From NCBI GenBank assembly GCA_963514005.1, contig OY740804.1:5890001-5954000 (forward strand): a stretch of DNA of 64,000 bases. The letters run 5' to 3'. Below, one piece after another: positions 23,090 through 36,424 of the stretch. The position numbers and the translations under genes are program-made. The notes below the pieces were generated by a model. It had not been told where the DNA came from. It ran no database searches and saw nothing but the letters and a program-made list of their open reading frames with translations. This DNA is from Raja brachyura (lineage: Eukaryota). Every line of letters starts with the position of its first letter. The first letter of the stretch is position 1.

Positions 23090-24640
23090 CTGCAGACTCA
23101 CAAACCTGCCTGTATCAATGGGACGATCATGGAGAGAGTGAAAAGCTTCAAATTCCTGGGTGTGCATTTTCTTAAGACCTGAACCCAGCAAACTGATGCA
23201 ATTATAAAGTAAGCTCATAAACGCCTCTACTTCCTGAGAAGATCGTAGAGATTTTATATGTCAGAGAGGATTCTTGTGCACTTCTACAGGTGTACAATAG
23301 AGAGCATATTGACTGGTGCATCACAGCCTGGTTTGGCAACATGAATGCCCAGGAGTTTGGATTCTGTAGACTGGGCAATGTTCAGGGACTCGGCAATGGA
23401 CCTGAACGAATAAGCCACAGTCGTTACAGACTTCATAAAGAAAAGTGTTGTGGACTGCATCCTTACAAAAACCTTCCGAGTGTTTCCCAATCAGAAGCCA
23501 TGGATGAACTTTGAGATCCGCACTCTTCTGAAGACCAGACAACGGGCATTCATGTCTCATGATACAGTGGTCTACAAGAAGTCCAGATATGACCTTGGTA
23601 AGGCCATCAAAAAGGCCAAAAGGTACTTCCGCTCCAAGCTGGAGGATGAGACAGATATTCGGCAGCTGTGGCGGGGCCTGAATGCAATCACATCCTACAA
23701 GGCGAAATCAGGAGGTAGCTCGAATGTTGGCGAAACATCACTCCCTGACGAGCTCAATGCGTTTTGCACACACTTTGATAGGGAGAACACTGATGTGCCT
23801 TTTCGAACCCCCATTCACTGTGATGGTATTTCAGTCTCAGTCACAGAGGCCGACATCAGAAAATCCTTCAGAGGAGTGAACCCGCGGAATGCGCCTGGAC
23901 CTGATGGCATACCCAGTCGTGTTCTAAAAATCTGTGTGGACCAACTGGCTGGAGTTTATACAGACATTTTCAACCTCTCACTTCTGAGGTTCCCGCCTGC
24001 TTTAAAAGGGCATCAATTATACCGGTGCCCAAGAAGAGCAAGGTGACCTGCCTCAATGACTATCGACCAATGGCACTAACATCAGTGGTGATGAACTGCT
24101 TTGAGAGTTTAATCATGGAACAAATCAACTCATACCTCGACAAAAACCTGTGCTGGACCCACTGTAGTTCGCCTACCGCCACAACAGATCAACGGTGGAT
24201 GTGATCTCGCTGGCTCTCCACTCCGCTCTGGACCACTTGGACAACAAAAACTCAGATGTCAGGCTGTTATTCACTGATTACAACTCGGCATTTAATACAA
24301 TCATCCCCTCCAAGCTGGTTACCAAGCTCTCAGATCTGGGTCTCTGCGCATCCCTCTGCAATTGGATGCACGACTTCCTCATTCAAAGACCACAGACTGT
24401 TCGTATTGGTGGAAATGTATGAACCTCGATAACAATCAGCACGGGAGCACCTCAAGGCTGCGTGGACAGCCCCCTGATGTACCCTCAACACCAGCAAAAT
24501 CAAGGTACTGATTGTGGACTTTGGAAGGGGTAGGACGGGGATCCACAGTCCCATTTATATCAATGGGTCGATGGTGGAGAGGGTCAAAAGCTTCAAATTC
24601 TTGGGCGTGAATATGTCTGAAGATCTCTCCTGGTCCGAGG
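23090..24640 (+). mobile_element. Rex1/Babar-like LINE fragments (rearranged)
   Basis: [30 protein letters not shown] motifs. Confidence 0.85.
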
Positions 24641-24679
24641 GCCAATCGGGGTTGGGGGACTCTCATCGCCACCCCCCAA

Positions 24680-25177
24680 TTCCACACCTGACTCCCGAAG
24701 CGTGTTTCTGATCTGTTGGACAGGTGTTTGGGGAGTTTTCTTTATTATAGAGAGAATTCTTGTCATCAGATGTGGAGGTCTTCCATGGACTGCCAGTCCT
24801 TTTTTGATTAGTAAGCTCACCAGTGCTCTTTTTCTTCTTAATTATGTTCCAAACAGTTGATTTTGGTAAATCTAAGGTTTGGCTGATGTTTATTCTTGTT
24901 TCTCATAATAGCTTATTTGACTTTCTTTTTGGCACAACTTTGGTCCTCAGGTTGATAAACAGCAAATGTGATGAAAAGACTGGAGGAAAGACTAGGTGCT
25001 GAGAGCTCTCTTATACCTGCATTAAGGATGCAATTAAACAAACCTGAGCAATTACAAATGCCTGTGAAGTCATGTGTCCCAAACATTATGGTGCCCTGAA
25101 ATGGGGAAGGGGGCGGAAGGGGAAGTTGGGAAGGGGAATGGGGGGAAACAATGTATAAACACAGCTGTAAAATGTAT
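24680..25177 (-). mobile_element. Tc1 element fragment (continues at 30031-30172)
   Basis: Similar to 63190-63650; ILSIIKKTPQTPVQQIRNTL. Confidence 0.85.
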
Positions 25178-28100
25178 TTATTTTATTTTATTTTAAATTT
25201 ATTCTGGATAACCCCTTGAGATGGACAGTCATCTCGTCCAACATAGAACATACAGCACAAGACATAACATACATAGAGGCTCTCATTGACCCACCTACCC
25301 ACACACCAATCCCAAAACCCATCCGTCCCCATATTATTTCATAGTATTGTGACATAATACAATATAAGACCTTGTTACACTATGCAATACAATAATACAT
25401 AGGTGTACTGGCCATGCATATACAACAGCTGTGACAAATGATCACACACAGAGCAAGCTAGATAAAGGAGCTCGAAGACTCTAATACTAGAAACAGGTAC
25501 ATGGTTTTATAAGTAAGGGTAAAAGTGTATTTTTAAATAGACGAAATGAGCTAATAGTTCTTATGGTACTAGGCAGTGTTCCAGTCAGAAGGAGCTTTGA
25601 ATTTAAATGCACGTCTCCCAATTTCTTTGTTTCATTCTTTGAATGAAAAAGAAGGGCTGCTGAATATGTCTTAGTGAATATGAGGGTGTGTTTGGTAATA
25701 GGTCTTGTTTTAAATAAGAAGGGTAATTGAGATGGATGCATTTAAAGATGAACTGGAACCAGTGGTAGCATCTTTGAGCGTGGGGGGATAACCAGTTTAG
25801 AGTTTCGTACATAGAACAGTGGTGAGTTAGATATGGACGCCTTAAAATAAATCTGCAGAGACTATTATAAATTACATTGAGGGGTTGAAGATGTGTATCA
25901 AATGTATTCTGATAGACAATATTGGCATAATCCAGTGTTGGTAGTAGTAGTTGAGAGACAATTCTTTTTCTCATCTGAAAAGTGAAACAATTCATATGGC
26001 GGTAAAGAATAGCTAGATTACAGCTGAGTTTTTTAGTAATCGTCTCAATATGCTGCATGAATGAAAGCGTTGCGTCGAGCCAAACACCAAGATATTTGAA
26101 GTTCAATACTTGTTCTAATGGTGATCCTTCATTAAATGATATAGTCAGATCTACAGAATTACCAAGGCCTTGGCTGGTACCAAATAACATACTGCATGAT
26201 TTATTTTTATTTAAAATTAATTTGTTAAATGATAGCCATTTCTGAACAGAAGTAAGATCTGATTGAAGGGATCTTTCAATTTCAGACTTGTTAGTACTAG
26301 ATGTATATAGCACTGCATCATCAGCATATAGTTGTGTTTGACAGTCAGAACAAATATTAGGGAGGTCATTTATGAAAATAGAGAAAAGGAGTGGTCCCAA
26401 ATATGAACCTTGCGGGACCCCCTTCTCAACAATTAAGGAATTGGATTGACTTCCATTAAAGGTAACACATTGGCGTCTGTTATGAAGGTTTGAGTTAAAC
26501 CACAGTAGATTGTTTTGAGAAAGACCAATTGAGTAAAGTTTATCAAGCAGTAGGTAGTGGTCAACAACATCAAAGGCCTTGGTTAAATCAAGAAAGATGG
26601 CACCGGTGAGTTTACCATCCTCAGAAGCAGAGAACACATCGCTGGTGAGTTTTAACAGAGCTGTAGTTGTGGAGTGATTAGGTCTGAACCCAGACTGGCA
26701 TGGAGATAGAATGTTGAAACATAATGTGATAGCTGGTTGAACACTAGTTTCTCGAGGATTTTAGCCACCGAGTAGATAATTGAGATAGGGCGGTAATTGT
26801 TAATATCGTGTGGGTCACCTCCCTTATGCAGTGGAGTAACATTGGCACACTTCCATGCGAGAGGGAGGGTACAAGTTGAGAAGGACAAATTAAACAGGTC
26901 GCATAGTGGATACATTAGAATATTAGCTCCTAACTTAATGAATTTGGTCTCAATACCAGCTGGTCCAGATCCACAATCATCCTTTAATTCATTAATAGCA
27001 TGTTGAACGTCAACAGGTTTTATTTTTTGAAAAGAAAAAGAGCTTCTACGTGTAGAGGTAGCTGGAAAGTCGCATATAATAGATGAGTCAAATACAGTAG
27101 AGCTACATACAGTGGAGGTGATGGTTGAAATCATTGGATATAATAGCAGGGTCCCGAATTATGTCATTATTGACCCGAATCTGCGTGCTGATATTTTGAT
27201 TTGATTTATTAAGAACATTATTTAGTCTTTTCCAGAACTTTTTTGGATTATGCATGTCTTCAGAAAGATGTTTTTTTTAAATAACTTGATTTAGCATAAC
27301 GTGTTCTTGTCGTACACTGATTCCTTAAGGACCTATATTTTTCCCAATCAGCAGGGTCCTTTGTTTCCCTGAAAGTCTTCCAGAGTTTATCCCACTCATT
27401 AAAAAGGTTGACCAAATCAGCACTAATCCATGGTAAATATTTTCCCTTGACTTTTATTTCTCTCCAGGGGGCATGCTTATCGATAACTCTTGTGACTTCA
27501 GTGTATAAATAGTTCCAGGCATCCTCAAGAGTTGGTATAAGTTGAAACCTGTCCCAGTTTATTGCAATCAGGTCATGCATATAATTATCATAATTAAATT
27601 TTCTAAATTGTCTGACACAAATAAATTTAGGAGGAAGATGGGAAGGTTTAATCTTCCACACACAGAAGATAGCAGAATGATCGCTACAGCAATCTGACAA
27701 AACACCAGATGTTAAGATTCGGTCAGGATGGGTAACAAGAATCCAATCTAATAGTGATGTTGCCATGAACTCTGGTAGGTTCGTTGATTAACTGGGTCAG
27801 GTTTACACTTTTAAGCAAGTTTTTGTCATTAGAAGAGGAGCGGTCGAGCCAGTTTTTTTTTTAGGTCACCAAGAAGCACTAATTCACATGGGTGTTCAAT
27901 AGAGGTGAGAGTGGAAATTAGGGACTTAGTTGAGTCAGGATGAACAGGGGGGGATCGATAGATAGTGCCGATGATTAGATGTTTATTCTCATGAAGTTTT
28001 AACCTAATGAAAAGGCTTTCAAAGAGAGATGAGGTTACTTTAGGGATGGCAGATTCAGATATAAAGCGAGTTGACACATAACAAGCCACACCTCCAGCTC

Positions 28101-30030
28101 TCGTAGGCCTATCTGCTCTATATAATGCAAAATTATCAATATGAATATCATTATCACAAATTTCACTATGTAACCATGTTTCTGAAAATGTTATTATGTC
28201 AGGTTTATTCTGTGCAATCCAAACTCTAATTAAATCAATCTTTGGACGAAGACTCCTAATGTTCAAATGGATGATTTTTAGGCCTTTAGCTGTATCAATT
28301 GTGGATCAATTGGGTGTAGATAATGTTGCGGGAGTGGGGCAGAGAAATAGCATGAGAAAGGGGACAAGAGAGCCATATGCACAGATTGACACAAACACAC
28401 ACACATAGAAGACAGGACAGCCAAAGCACACAGGATCAGGCTGTGTCATTGAGAGAGAGAGAGAAAAAAAAGAAGAAAAAAGCGAGCATACACACCTCAG
28501 TTTGCATAGCTCATATTTATGCAAAGAGATCAAAGTATGAAGTCCTGGACCATTTATGTTTAAATTAATTGGGCATTATGAAGCCCAAAATAGCAACATT
28601 TTATCGCATATGGTTAACAAAAATAAAAATAAGAGAGAAAATCTAGATTAAACTTCATATGCCTTCAATTGTCAATTTATCAAATTTCAATATTCAAATA
28701 ATTGGTAACTGATCATAATCAACTGTTTATAGGGACCAATCCTTTACCATTCAACAACCTTTTACATTACGTATAGGAAAGAAAAAAGAAAATTCAACTC
28801 TTAATATTACGACGTTTTACGTCAATTGCGACGCTTTTGACGGCAAATAGTAGGCATCATTTTATTAAAGTCAAAAGTTGAATTAAAAAATTATAGAAAA
28901 AATACAACAAAAACAGCTAAACACAGAGTTCATCGGCAGACAACGTTATTGTGCTAACGCTAACACCAGCCACTGGCCACCAACATTAAGCTGTTATATC
29001 AGAGTCCATGGAGGAGTCAATAGAGGAGAGCTCACCAAGAAATGTCTCAACTTCATCGGGAGTGCAAAAGAACTGTGTCTTGCCAGCATGGACAACTCTC
29101 AGTGTGCAGGGAAAGATCAATGCGTATTTGATGTCACGGTCGTGTAGTTTCTTCTTAGCCGCATCATACTCCCGACGTCTCTGGACAAGACCAGCGCTGA
29201 GGTCCGGGTAGATATGAATCCGAGCTCCGTTGTACTCAAGGGGCACATTTTTCTCCTGGGAGAGCTTCATTATCCTCAGCTTATCCTGGAAATAGCAGAA
29301 CTTCACCAGGATCGACCTCGGACCCTTGGCTCTGGAGTTATCCTTGCGACCGGTACGGTGACAGCGCTCAATCACAAGAGGAGTGGGGAAATTCGCTTCA
29401 CCGAGGAGCTACGGTATCAGACAGCCCATGAATCCGGTGATATCTTTGGACTCGACCCTCTCGGGGATGCCGACGAAACGTAAGTTGGAACGTCTGCTTC
29501 TGTTCTCAGCGTCATCTGCCCAAATTTTCAGATCAGCGTTTTCTTTTTCAAGTGATTTTACACGTCCAACCAAGTCTATTATATTATCCTCGTTGGAGCT
29601 AACTCTTTGCACAAGCTCCATTACTTGCTCTCCAAGCGTTCGAAGTGAGCCTTCAATGTTAGTCAGACTTACTCCAATTGGATCAGTTTTGTTGTCCATG
29701 TGTAATATCATGTTGAGCTGCATTTGCTGCATGTTATTCAAGACACTTTGGAGGGCAATTGGCTCGCCCATTGTAAGGCCAGTAGTCTTTTCCACTCAAT
29801 AAAATAATAGAATAGTAGAAGGTAGAAGGTAGTCCAGTAATTAGTTCTTTTTAGTGCTAAAGTGCTAAAGTTCTTTTACCTTGCTTTTTAAATTCACCAA
29901 AGGTTCTTCATTGACACCAGGAGAGTTAGAGTAGAAAAAAGTATCTCAGAACACCATCAGTAGACAAATAGTTGAGCCAGCAGACTAGAGCTTGTCACAA
30001 ACACTCACACAGCAACGGCAGCCATCTTGA
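25178..30030 (-). mobile_element. Apparently full-length, frameshifted LINE: L1-type ORF1 (28986-29795) plus APE-RT ORF2 of L2/CR1 group (~25600-28270)
   Basis: AENRSRRSNLRFVGIPE; NIRSL..FSETWL; DLTKAFD, GVPQGS, YADD. 5' caagatggc, 3' (aaaat)n tail, TSD aaaatgtat at 25169-25177 and 30031-30039. Confidence 0.88.
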
Positions 30031-30172
30031 AAAATGTATAAAAATGGCCTTTAATAAAATCTGACAATGTGCACTTTAACCACATGTGATTTTTTTTCTA
30101 TTACAAATCTCAAATTTTGGAGTGCAGAAGCAAATAAATAAATGATGGGTCTTTGTCCCAAACATTATGGAC
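30031..30172 (-). mobile_element. Tc1 terminal inverted repeat remainder
   Basis: Matches 63665-63805 and, inverted, 62220-62360. Confidence 0.85.
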
Positions 30173-30589
30173 GACGCTCTAGGCACTTGTCTTTTGTTAG
30201 TCATGCACTGAAACACCCAGATACCTCTACATCTCAGAGGTCAATCATTAATTATATAATAATTTATTACATTTTTTTGGCCAAAATTGATAACTTTTTC
30301 TCACATCATATGCCATATAATTCACTATTTGCTCTTCACTGTCTTATCCATATCTCTTCATAGCTTTTGAGTGTTCTCTTCACAACTTAATTCCCTGACA
30401 TATTTGTGTAACATTAAATTTAGCAACCATACGGTGCTTATACACAAAATATTCGTACAAAGCTGGGTCCTCAGCATGGATTCCATTAGCACATCACATC
30501 TTGCCAACAACAATAAAATGATTCCTTGTTTCCTGTTAACCATGCAATATTTTCCCCAAATAATAAAGACAACTCAAAAACCCATTGAC

Positions 30590-31005
30590 TGGACCATCTC
30601 CATTTACTGGTGCCCTCTTCAAATTCCCTATTTACTAGTGTTCTAATTCCCATTGACTGATCCGCTCCTAATTCCCCATTTAGTAGTGCCCTCTCCTTAT
30701 TCCCCCTTGAGTGGTTTAATCTCCTAATTCCCCATTGACTGATCCGCTCCTAATTCCCCATTTAGTAGTGCCCTCTCCTTATTCCCCCTTGAGTGGTTTA
30801 ATCTCCTAATTCCCCATTGACTGAACCGCTCCTAATTCCCCATTTAGTAGTGCCCTCTCCTAATTCCCCCTTGAGTGGTTTAATCTCCTAATTCCCCATT
30901 GACTGCTGCCATCTCCTAATTTCCCATTTACTAGTGCCATCTCCTAATTCCTAATTTACTGGTGCCGTCTCCTAATTCCCCCTTGACTGGCCCCTTTCCT
31001 AATTC
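30590..31005. repeat. Minisatellite of 26-28-bp units (ctcctaattcccc...) with an 82-bp higher-order period
   Basis: Trimer repeats at 30661, 30743 and 30825. Confidence 0.9.
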
Positions 31006-31491
31006 ATGCAATAACACGATATTTCATGGCAGGATCTCCTTTGTCCAATTTAGTTTTGCAAATTGAGAGTCTCCCTCAGCAGTATCGATTTGTGATAGGT
31101 CTTAGGCTTTACCCATCTGCTACCCTTTAGCCCAATAAATTCCTGACAAACCAGAATGTGTCTTTATTTGAACAATAGCTTGACAGAGCTATTATTATCT
31201 TTATCACATTAATATATTGACATGAGCTTTTAACAGTCTTTGGAGGATGGAAAAATACACACTCTTATCAGGTTATGACCTAGTCTATGATTATGAATTG
31301 TACCTAAATAGCTAATCATTTAACTATGATAGCGAAAAAAGCTTATCTCTTTGATATAATCAAATAGGATACACCAGATACCTGGGTTTGATCCTGAACA
31401 TGGGTGGTCTCTGTACGGAGTTTATACGTTCTCCCTGTGACCGTGTGTGTTTTCTTTTTCTATGTTGTTCTGATATTTCCACCTTTATAGG

Positions 31492-31800
31492 GCGGCATAG
31501 GAGTGAGCACGGTACAGCTGCTGCCTCACTATGCTAGAGACCCAGATTCAATCCTGACCTCGGATGCTATCTGTGTAGGGAATTTGCACCTTCTCCTTGT
31601 GATTGCGTGAGGCTTCACCAGATGCTCTGGTTTCCTTCAACATCGCAAAGAATGTGGGCCTGAGGGTTAACTGGCCTCTGTAAATTGCCCCTAGTGGTTG
31701 AGAAAGTGGGATAACATAGCACTAGATTGAACAGATGATCGACGATCAGCGTAGACTCTATGGGCCGAAAGGGCCTGTTCCCATGTTGTATCTCTAAATA
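31492..31800 (+). mobile_element. Degenerate tRNA-derived SINE
   Basis: Same family as 4039-4350. Confidence 0.65.
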
Positions 31801-33994
31801 ATTGTGGGAAAATGGAATTGCTCCAACAGGAGGAGAATGGATGAAGAATCAAATGGCCTCCGTCGGTGCGATAATAATTGATTTTATTATTACGACCCTC
31901 TCATTAATCATCTAGTGATTGGTAGATTTGATTCTGTTTATATCATTTCCCAGACGTGTAAAAATACTTATCTGCCGCATCAATGCATTCTCTAGCCGCT
32001 GCACTGACAACGCTTGATTTAATGCAATAAATTGCGCCATTATATTGATGCATTACTTGCAACTGTACATATAATTTTTGTATTTGCCAGCTGATCTCTG
32101 ATTACACACTGGCAGTCAAGGCAAGCCAGTTCAGAATAAAGGAAATTTTGACCAAAGCATCCAGCTAGAATTCAATCCACAATTTAAAATCCACTTATTT
32201 AAAAGAATTCTATAATAATCATACAATGTCTGCACATGTAATTAAAATGCCAAATGCAAACCCACACAGGTTGTAATTAGCTTCGCCTTCTTTCTTTCAA
32301 TTCCCTTCCTCTCAAAACGATCTCTTCTTTCTCAGTGCACTCGATATCCTTCTTTAACCATCATTCTTTATTAACTGCATGCAGAGATTCATATGTGTAG
32401 AAAGGAAGTACAGATGCTGGTATGTTCCGAAGATAGACACAAAGTGCTGGAGTAACTCAGCGGGTCAGAAAAAGGATGAGTGACGTTTCGGGTCAGAACT
32501 CTTCTGAAGTTAGTCTTCAAAATTCAGAGTCTGAAGAAAGTTTCCGACCCATAACATCACTTAGAAGTTTCCGACCCATAACATCACATAATAGCACATT
32601 GTTTCTATCTTCATTGTTCTATCTGGGACACATGAGAATAAACTCTCTTGACTTGACTTGATTATAGTATCTGCAGAGATTCCTATGTCCTAGATGTGCT
32701 AGAAATGGCTTGTAGGTGCACATGTGTAATTGGGAAGCATAAGCTGACCAAAATATTGTATTCTTACATAACCTAAGAATTATGTCCTTCACTCAAGTGA
32801 AATTTCTAACCAAAGAATTACAAGGGATAAAGGATAATTTAACAGCTTACATTCAATTCCGCTATTGTGAAACCACATATTTTAAAGTAGGTTAAACCCT
32901 TATTTAGAACCTTTGGAAACATATGAAAGTCTTCTGAAAGAATTCTTGGAAGGCAGCAGACAGATTTCATTATCAGAGTAAAGGGATTACATATGCGTTT
33001 TCCACGATAAATGCGTGCCTGAAAGTAAATAATGGAAAATGTTGATAAAAAGCATGTGACCAAGATAAGATAACGGAATGTCACCAGCTGTATTCAAGAA
33101 ATGCAGCGATTTTACATATTGTACGTTCTGAAAGGAACTATGAACAGCAATCTTATAAACAAGGAACTGCAAGTGATGGTTTACACAAAAGGACATTGAG
33201 CTGGGGTAACTCAACGGGTCAGGCAACATCTTTGAAGAACATGGATAGGTGACGTTTTCTGTCGGGGCCCTTCCTCAGTCTAAAGAAGAGTCCCGCCCTG
33301 AAACGCCACTTATCCATGTCCACCAGAAATGCTGCGTGACTCGCTGAGTTACTCCAACACTTTGTGTCCTTCATAAAGAAATATGCTACCATGCTTTTTT
33401 CATGGGGGGGGGGGGGGGGGGTGGTGGCAATAATTCAAATGTTTATTCATGAGCTGGTAAGGGCTTTAGGATGATCTGTAATAATGAAACACTGTGAAAA
33501 TGTTTGTCATTCCTTGTTTAATCTTTCCTTCATAATGCAGGATGTTTTTATATATTAATAACGCAAAGCATTAACAGCAACGGATTCTGTTTTTGTTCAT
33601 ATGTTCAATTTCTCTGAACTTCCTAAAAATTTTGCTGAAGTGTTATCAAGTGCAAGGTAGCGATGTTGAAAAACAGTCAATTTTTGCATAAAGTATGTTT
33701 TTAATTTGTTCCCAAGTGACACTGAGTCATACAGATGGGAGTGGACGCAAGTTCCGTTCTTGGCTCGGGCTACAGTTTCTTATTTTATCCGAGATGACAG
33801 ACAGGGAAATACAATTAATCTAGGAAAGGGGAAGTAGGAAAAGCAACAAATGCTGCTCAATGTTGTGTCCGCCCACCGGTTCTACAAAACAAAAAGTATA
33901 GGTGTTGGCCATAGTTAGGATTAGGCTCATTTCTACCAATATTTTAGTTTAGTTTAGTCTAGAGATACAGCATGGAGATACTGTAGGCTCTGCA

Positions 33995-35610
33995 GATGTG
34001 TTGAAAGGGACTCCAGATGCTGGTTTACACCGAAGATAGAGTAACTCAGCTGGCCAGGTAACATCTCTGGAGAGAAGGAATGGGTGATGTTTTGGGTTGA
34101 GGCCCTTCTTCAGCCTGGTAGTCAGGAGAGGGGGAGACGAGAGACATGGAAGGGAAAGGAGTGAAAAAGACAGATCAAAGCGGACGGTGAACGAGTCTGG
34201 AACAGGAGGAATCACAGAAGGGGAGCAGCGAGAAAGGGTGCTGCAGAACTCGCTTCAGAGGAGGAGAACTTTTTCAAAGTCGGCAGGAAGGAACGACAGA
34301 TACTGGTTTACACCAAACATAAACGTAAAATGCTGGATTAACAGCTGGACAAGCAGCATCTCTGTAGAAAATGAATAGCTGACGTTTCGGGTGGAAACCC
34401 TTCTTCAGACTGAGAGTCAGGGGAAAGGGAAATGAGAGATACAGATGGTGATATGGATAGAATGGCTATTTTTAACATATTGTTCCTAAATACACTGTTT
34501 TACAAGAATAGAATTGCCATACCAGGGTGTTTCGTTGACACCTTCTTTAGCTAACTATGATCTATGCTACATTTTCCTTGAGCCTCGATCCCTTTGAGGT
34601 ATTGTTTTCACACCTTACCCTCCCTTAACTCTCAGTCTGAAGAAGGGTCCCGACCCGAAGTCACCCATTCCTTCACTCCAAAGATGGTGCCTGTCCCCGC
34701 TGAGTTACCCCAACATTTTTTATCCATCTTCAGTGTAAACCAGCATCTGCAGTTTATGGGATAGCTGAAAACGAATTACAGAACATCCGACGAAATGTAG
34801 AGGGAGGAACTGCAGATGCTGGTTTAAACCGAAGATAGACACAAAAAATCTGGACTAACTCAGCGGTACAGGCAGCATCGCTGGAGTAAAGAGGTGACGT
34901 TTCAGGGAGAGACCCTTTTTCAGCTTTAGATGGACACAATAGATTGGAATATCTCAGCGGAACAAGGGTCTCTGCCCGAAACATAACCCATTCCTTCTAT
35001 CCAGAGATGCTGCTCGTCCCGCTGAGTTACTCCAGCATTTTGTGTCTATCTTCGGTTTAAACCAGCATCTGCAGTTTCTTCCTACACTGCAGTTCGGTAG
35101 ATAGACACACTTCTGCAGTTCTGTAAAGGTAGCATCTCTGGGTAGAAGGAATGGGTAACGTTTTGGGTCGAGACCCTTCTTCGGGAAAGGGAAACGAAAG
35201 ACGTAGACTGTGGTGTAGTGAGATGTGGAATTGAATGAATGATATGCAATGAAAGTAACGATGATAAAGGAAACGGTTCAAATGATAGCTGTTCAAGAAA
35301 GAACTGCAGATGCAGGTAAAATCGAAGGTAGACACAAAATGCTGGAGGAACTCAGCGGGTGAGGCGGAATTGCCTATGGAGAGAAGGAATTGGAAAGGTT
35401 TCGGGTCTGAAGAAGGGTCTCGGCCCGAAACGTCGCCAATTCCTTCTCTCCACAGATGCTGCCTCACCCGCTGAGTTTCGCCAGCATTTCGTGTCTACCT
35501 TCAAATGTGAGCTGGTACACAAACATGCTGGAGAAACTCTGCGGGTGCGGCAGCGTCTATGGAGCGAAGGAAATAGGCAACGTTTCGAGCCGAAACCCCT
35601 TCTTCAGCTG
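33995..35610. repeat. Dense cluster of Penelope-pLTR-derived short elements in both orientations
   Basis: Hammerhead-like cores at ~34085(-), 34381(-), 34637(+), 34896(-), 35157(-), 35407(+), 35580(-). Confidence 0.85.
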
Positions 35611-35629
35611 TGAGCTGCCTGTTGATCAG

Positions 35630-36410
35630 CAATGCACCGACGATGACTACAAATCCCGTGGTTCCACGCGTGGCTTCCGCCGTGTGGGCCGGATGTGAGG
35701 TCAGTGTAGGGCAGGGTTTCCGCTTTCAAACGTTGACTGTCAGGGCTCGTGGCGAGCGCTCGCGTTTAAACCGCCAACGGTCCGCTCCGCTCCCGGAGCT
35801 CGAGCGGCCGCTGAGCCGCTGGACGGCGGGAGCCCTCGGCACGTCCGCTCCCCTTCAGGACTTACTCCGTGAGGAAAAACTTGCCTTTTTATTGTGTGTT
35901 TGTCTTGCCTTTCGATCTCCGAGCCGGGGGCTTGGGGGGGGGAAAGAAAACCTCAAGAGTCCGGTGGCCGCTGCACACTCCCTCCTTCCTTCCTTCCTTC
36001 CCTCCCTCCCTCGGGGGGAAGACTCCCGTCGCCTCGACTCGACTCACTCCCCTCGGGAGGAGAGTTACTCCCCCCCCGGTCGCCGCGATGGGCTGCACCA
36101 TGAGCGCCGAGGACAAGGCGGCGATGGCCAGGAGCAAGATGATCGACCGCAACCTGCGAGAAGACGGCCAGAAGTCGTCGCGGGAAGTCAAGCTGCTGCT
36201 GCTCGGTAAGAAAAAAAAAGACTATGGCGAACGGTCGGATAAGGGGGAGGGGAGGGGCATCCAGTCGGCGGATGGGACCGACCTGCGCTGGCGGTCGCGC
36301 CTGCCCCTTCGCCGCCTGTGCCCCAGGGGACGCTGTGTCCGGAGGTCCGCCGCCCCGGAAACGGTGGCAAAAGTAATTCCGCAAAGTTGTGAGCATCAGT
36401 CCGCCTAAAC
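35630..36410 (+). promoter_or_regulatory. CpG-island promoter/5' region of gnai3, with ACTACAAATCCC (ZNF143/THAP11-type) motif at 35646-35657
   Basis: High GC and CpG content around exon 1; motif read directly from the sequence. Confidence 0.75.
36088..36205 (+). CDS. gnai3: G protein alpha i3, coding exon 1 (118 nt)
   Basis: [40 protein letters not shown]|gtaag. Confidence 0.96.
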
Positions 36411-36424
36411 CTTCACGATCTCCT

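Noticed and set aside
30590-31005. CRISPR-like repeat/spacer pattern
   Set aside because: The variable parts are short, mutually related and repeat with an 82-bp period; eukaryotic context and no cas genes.
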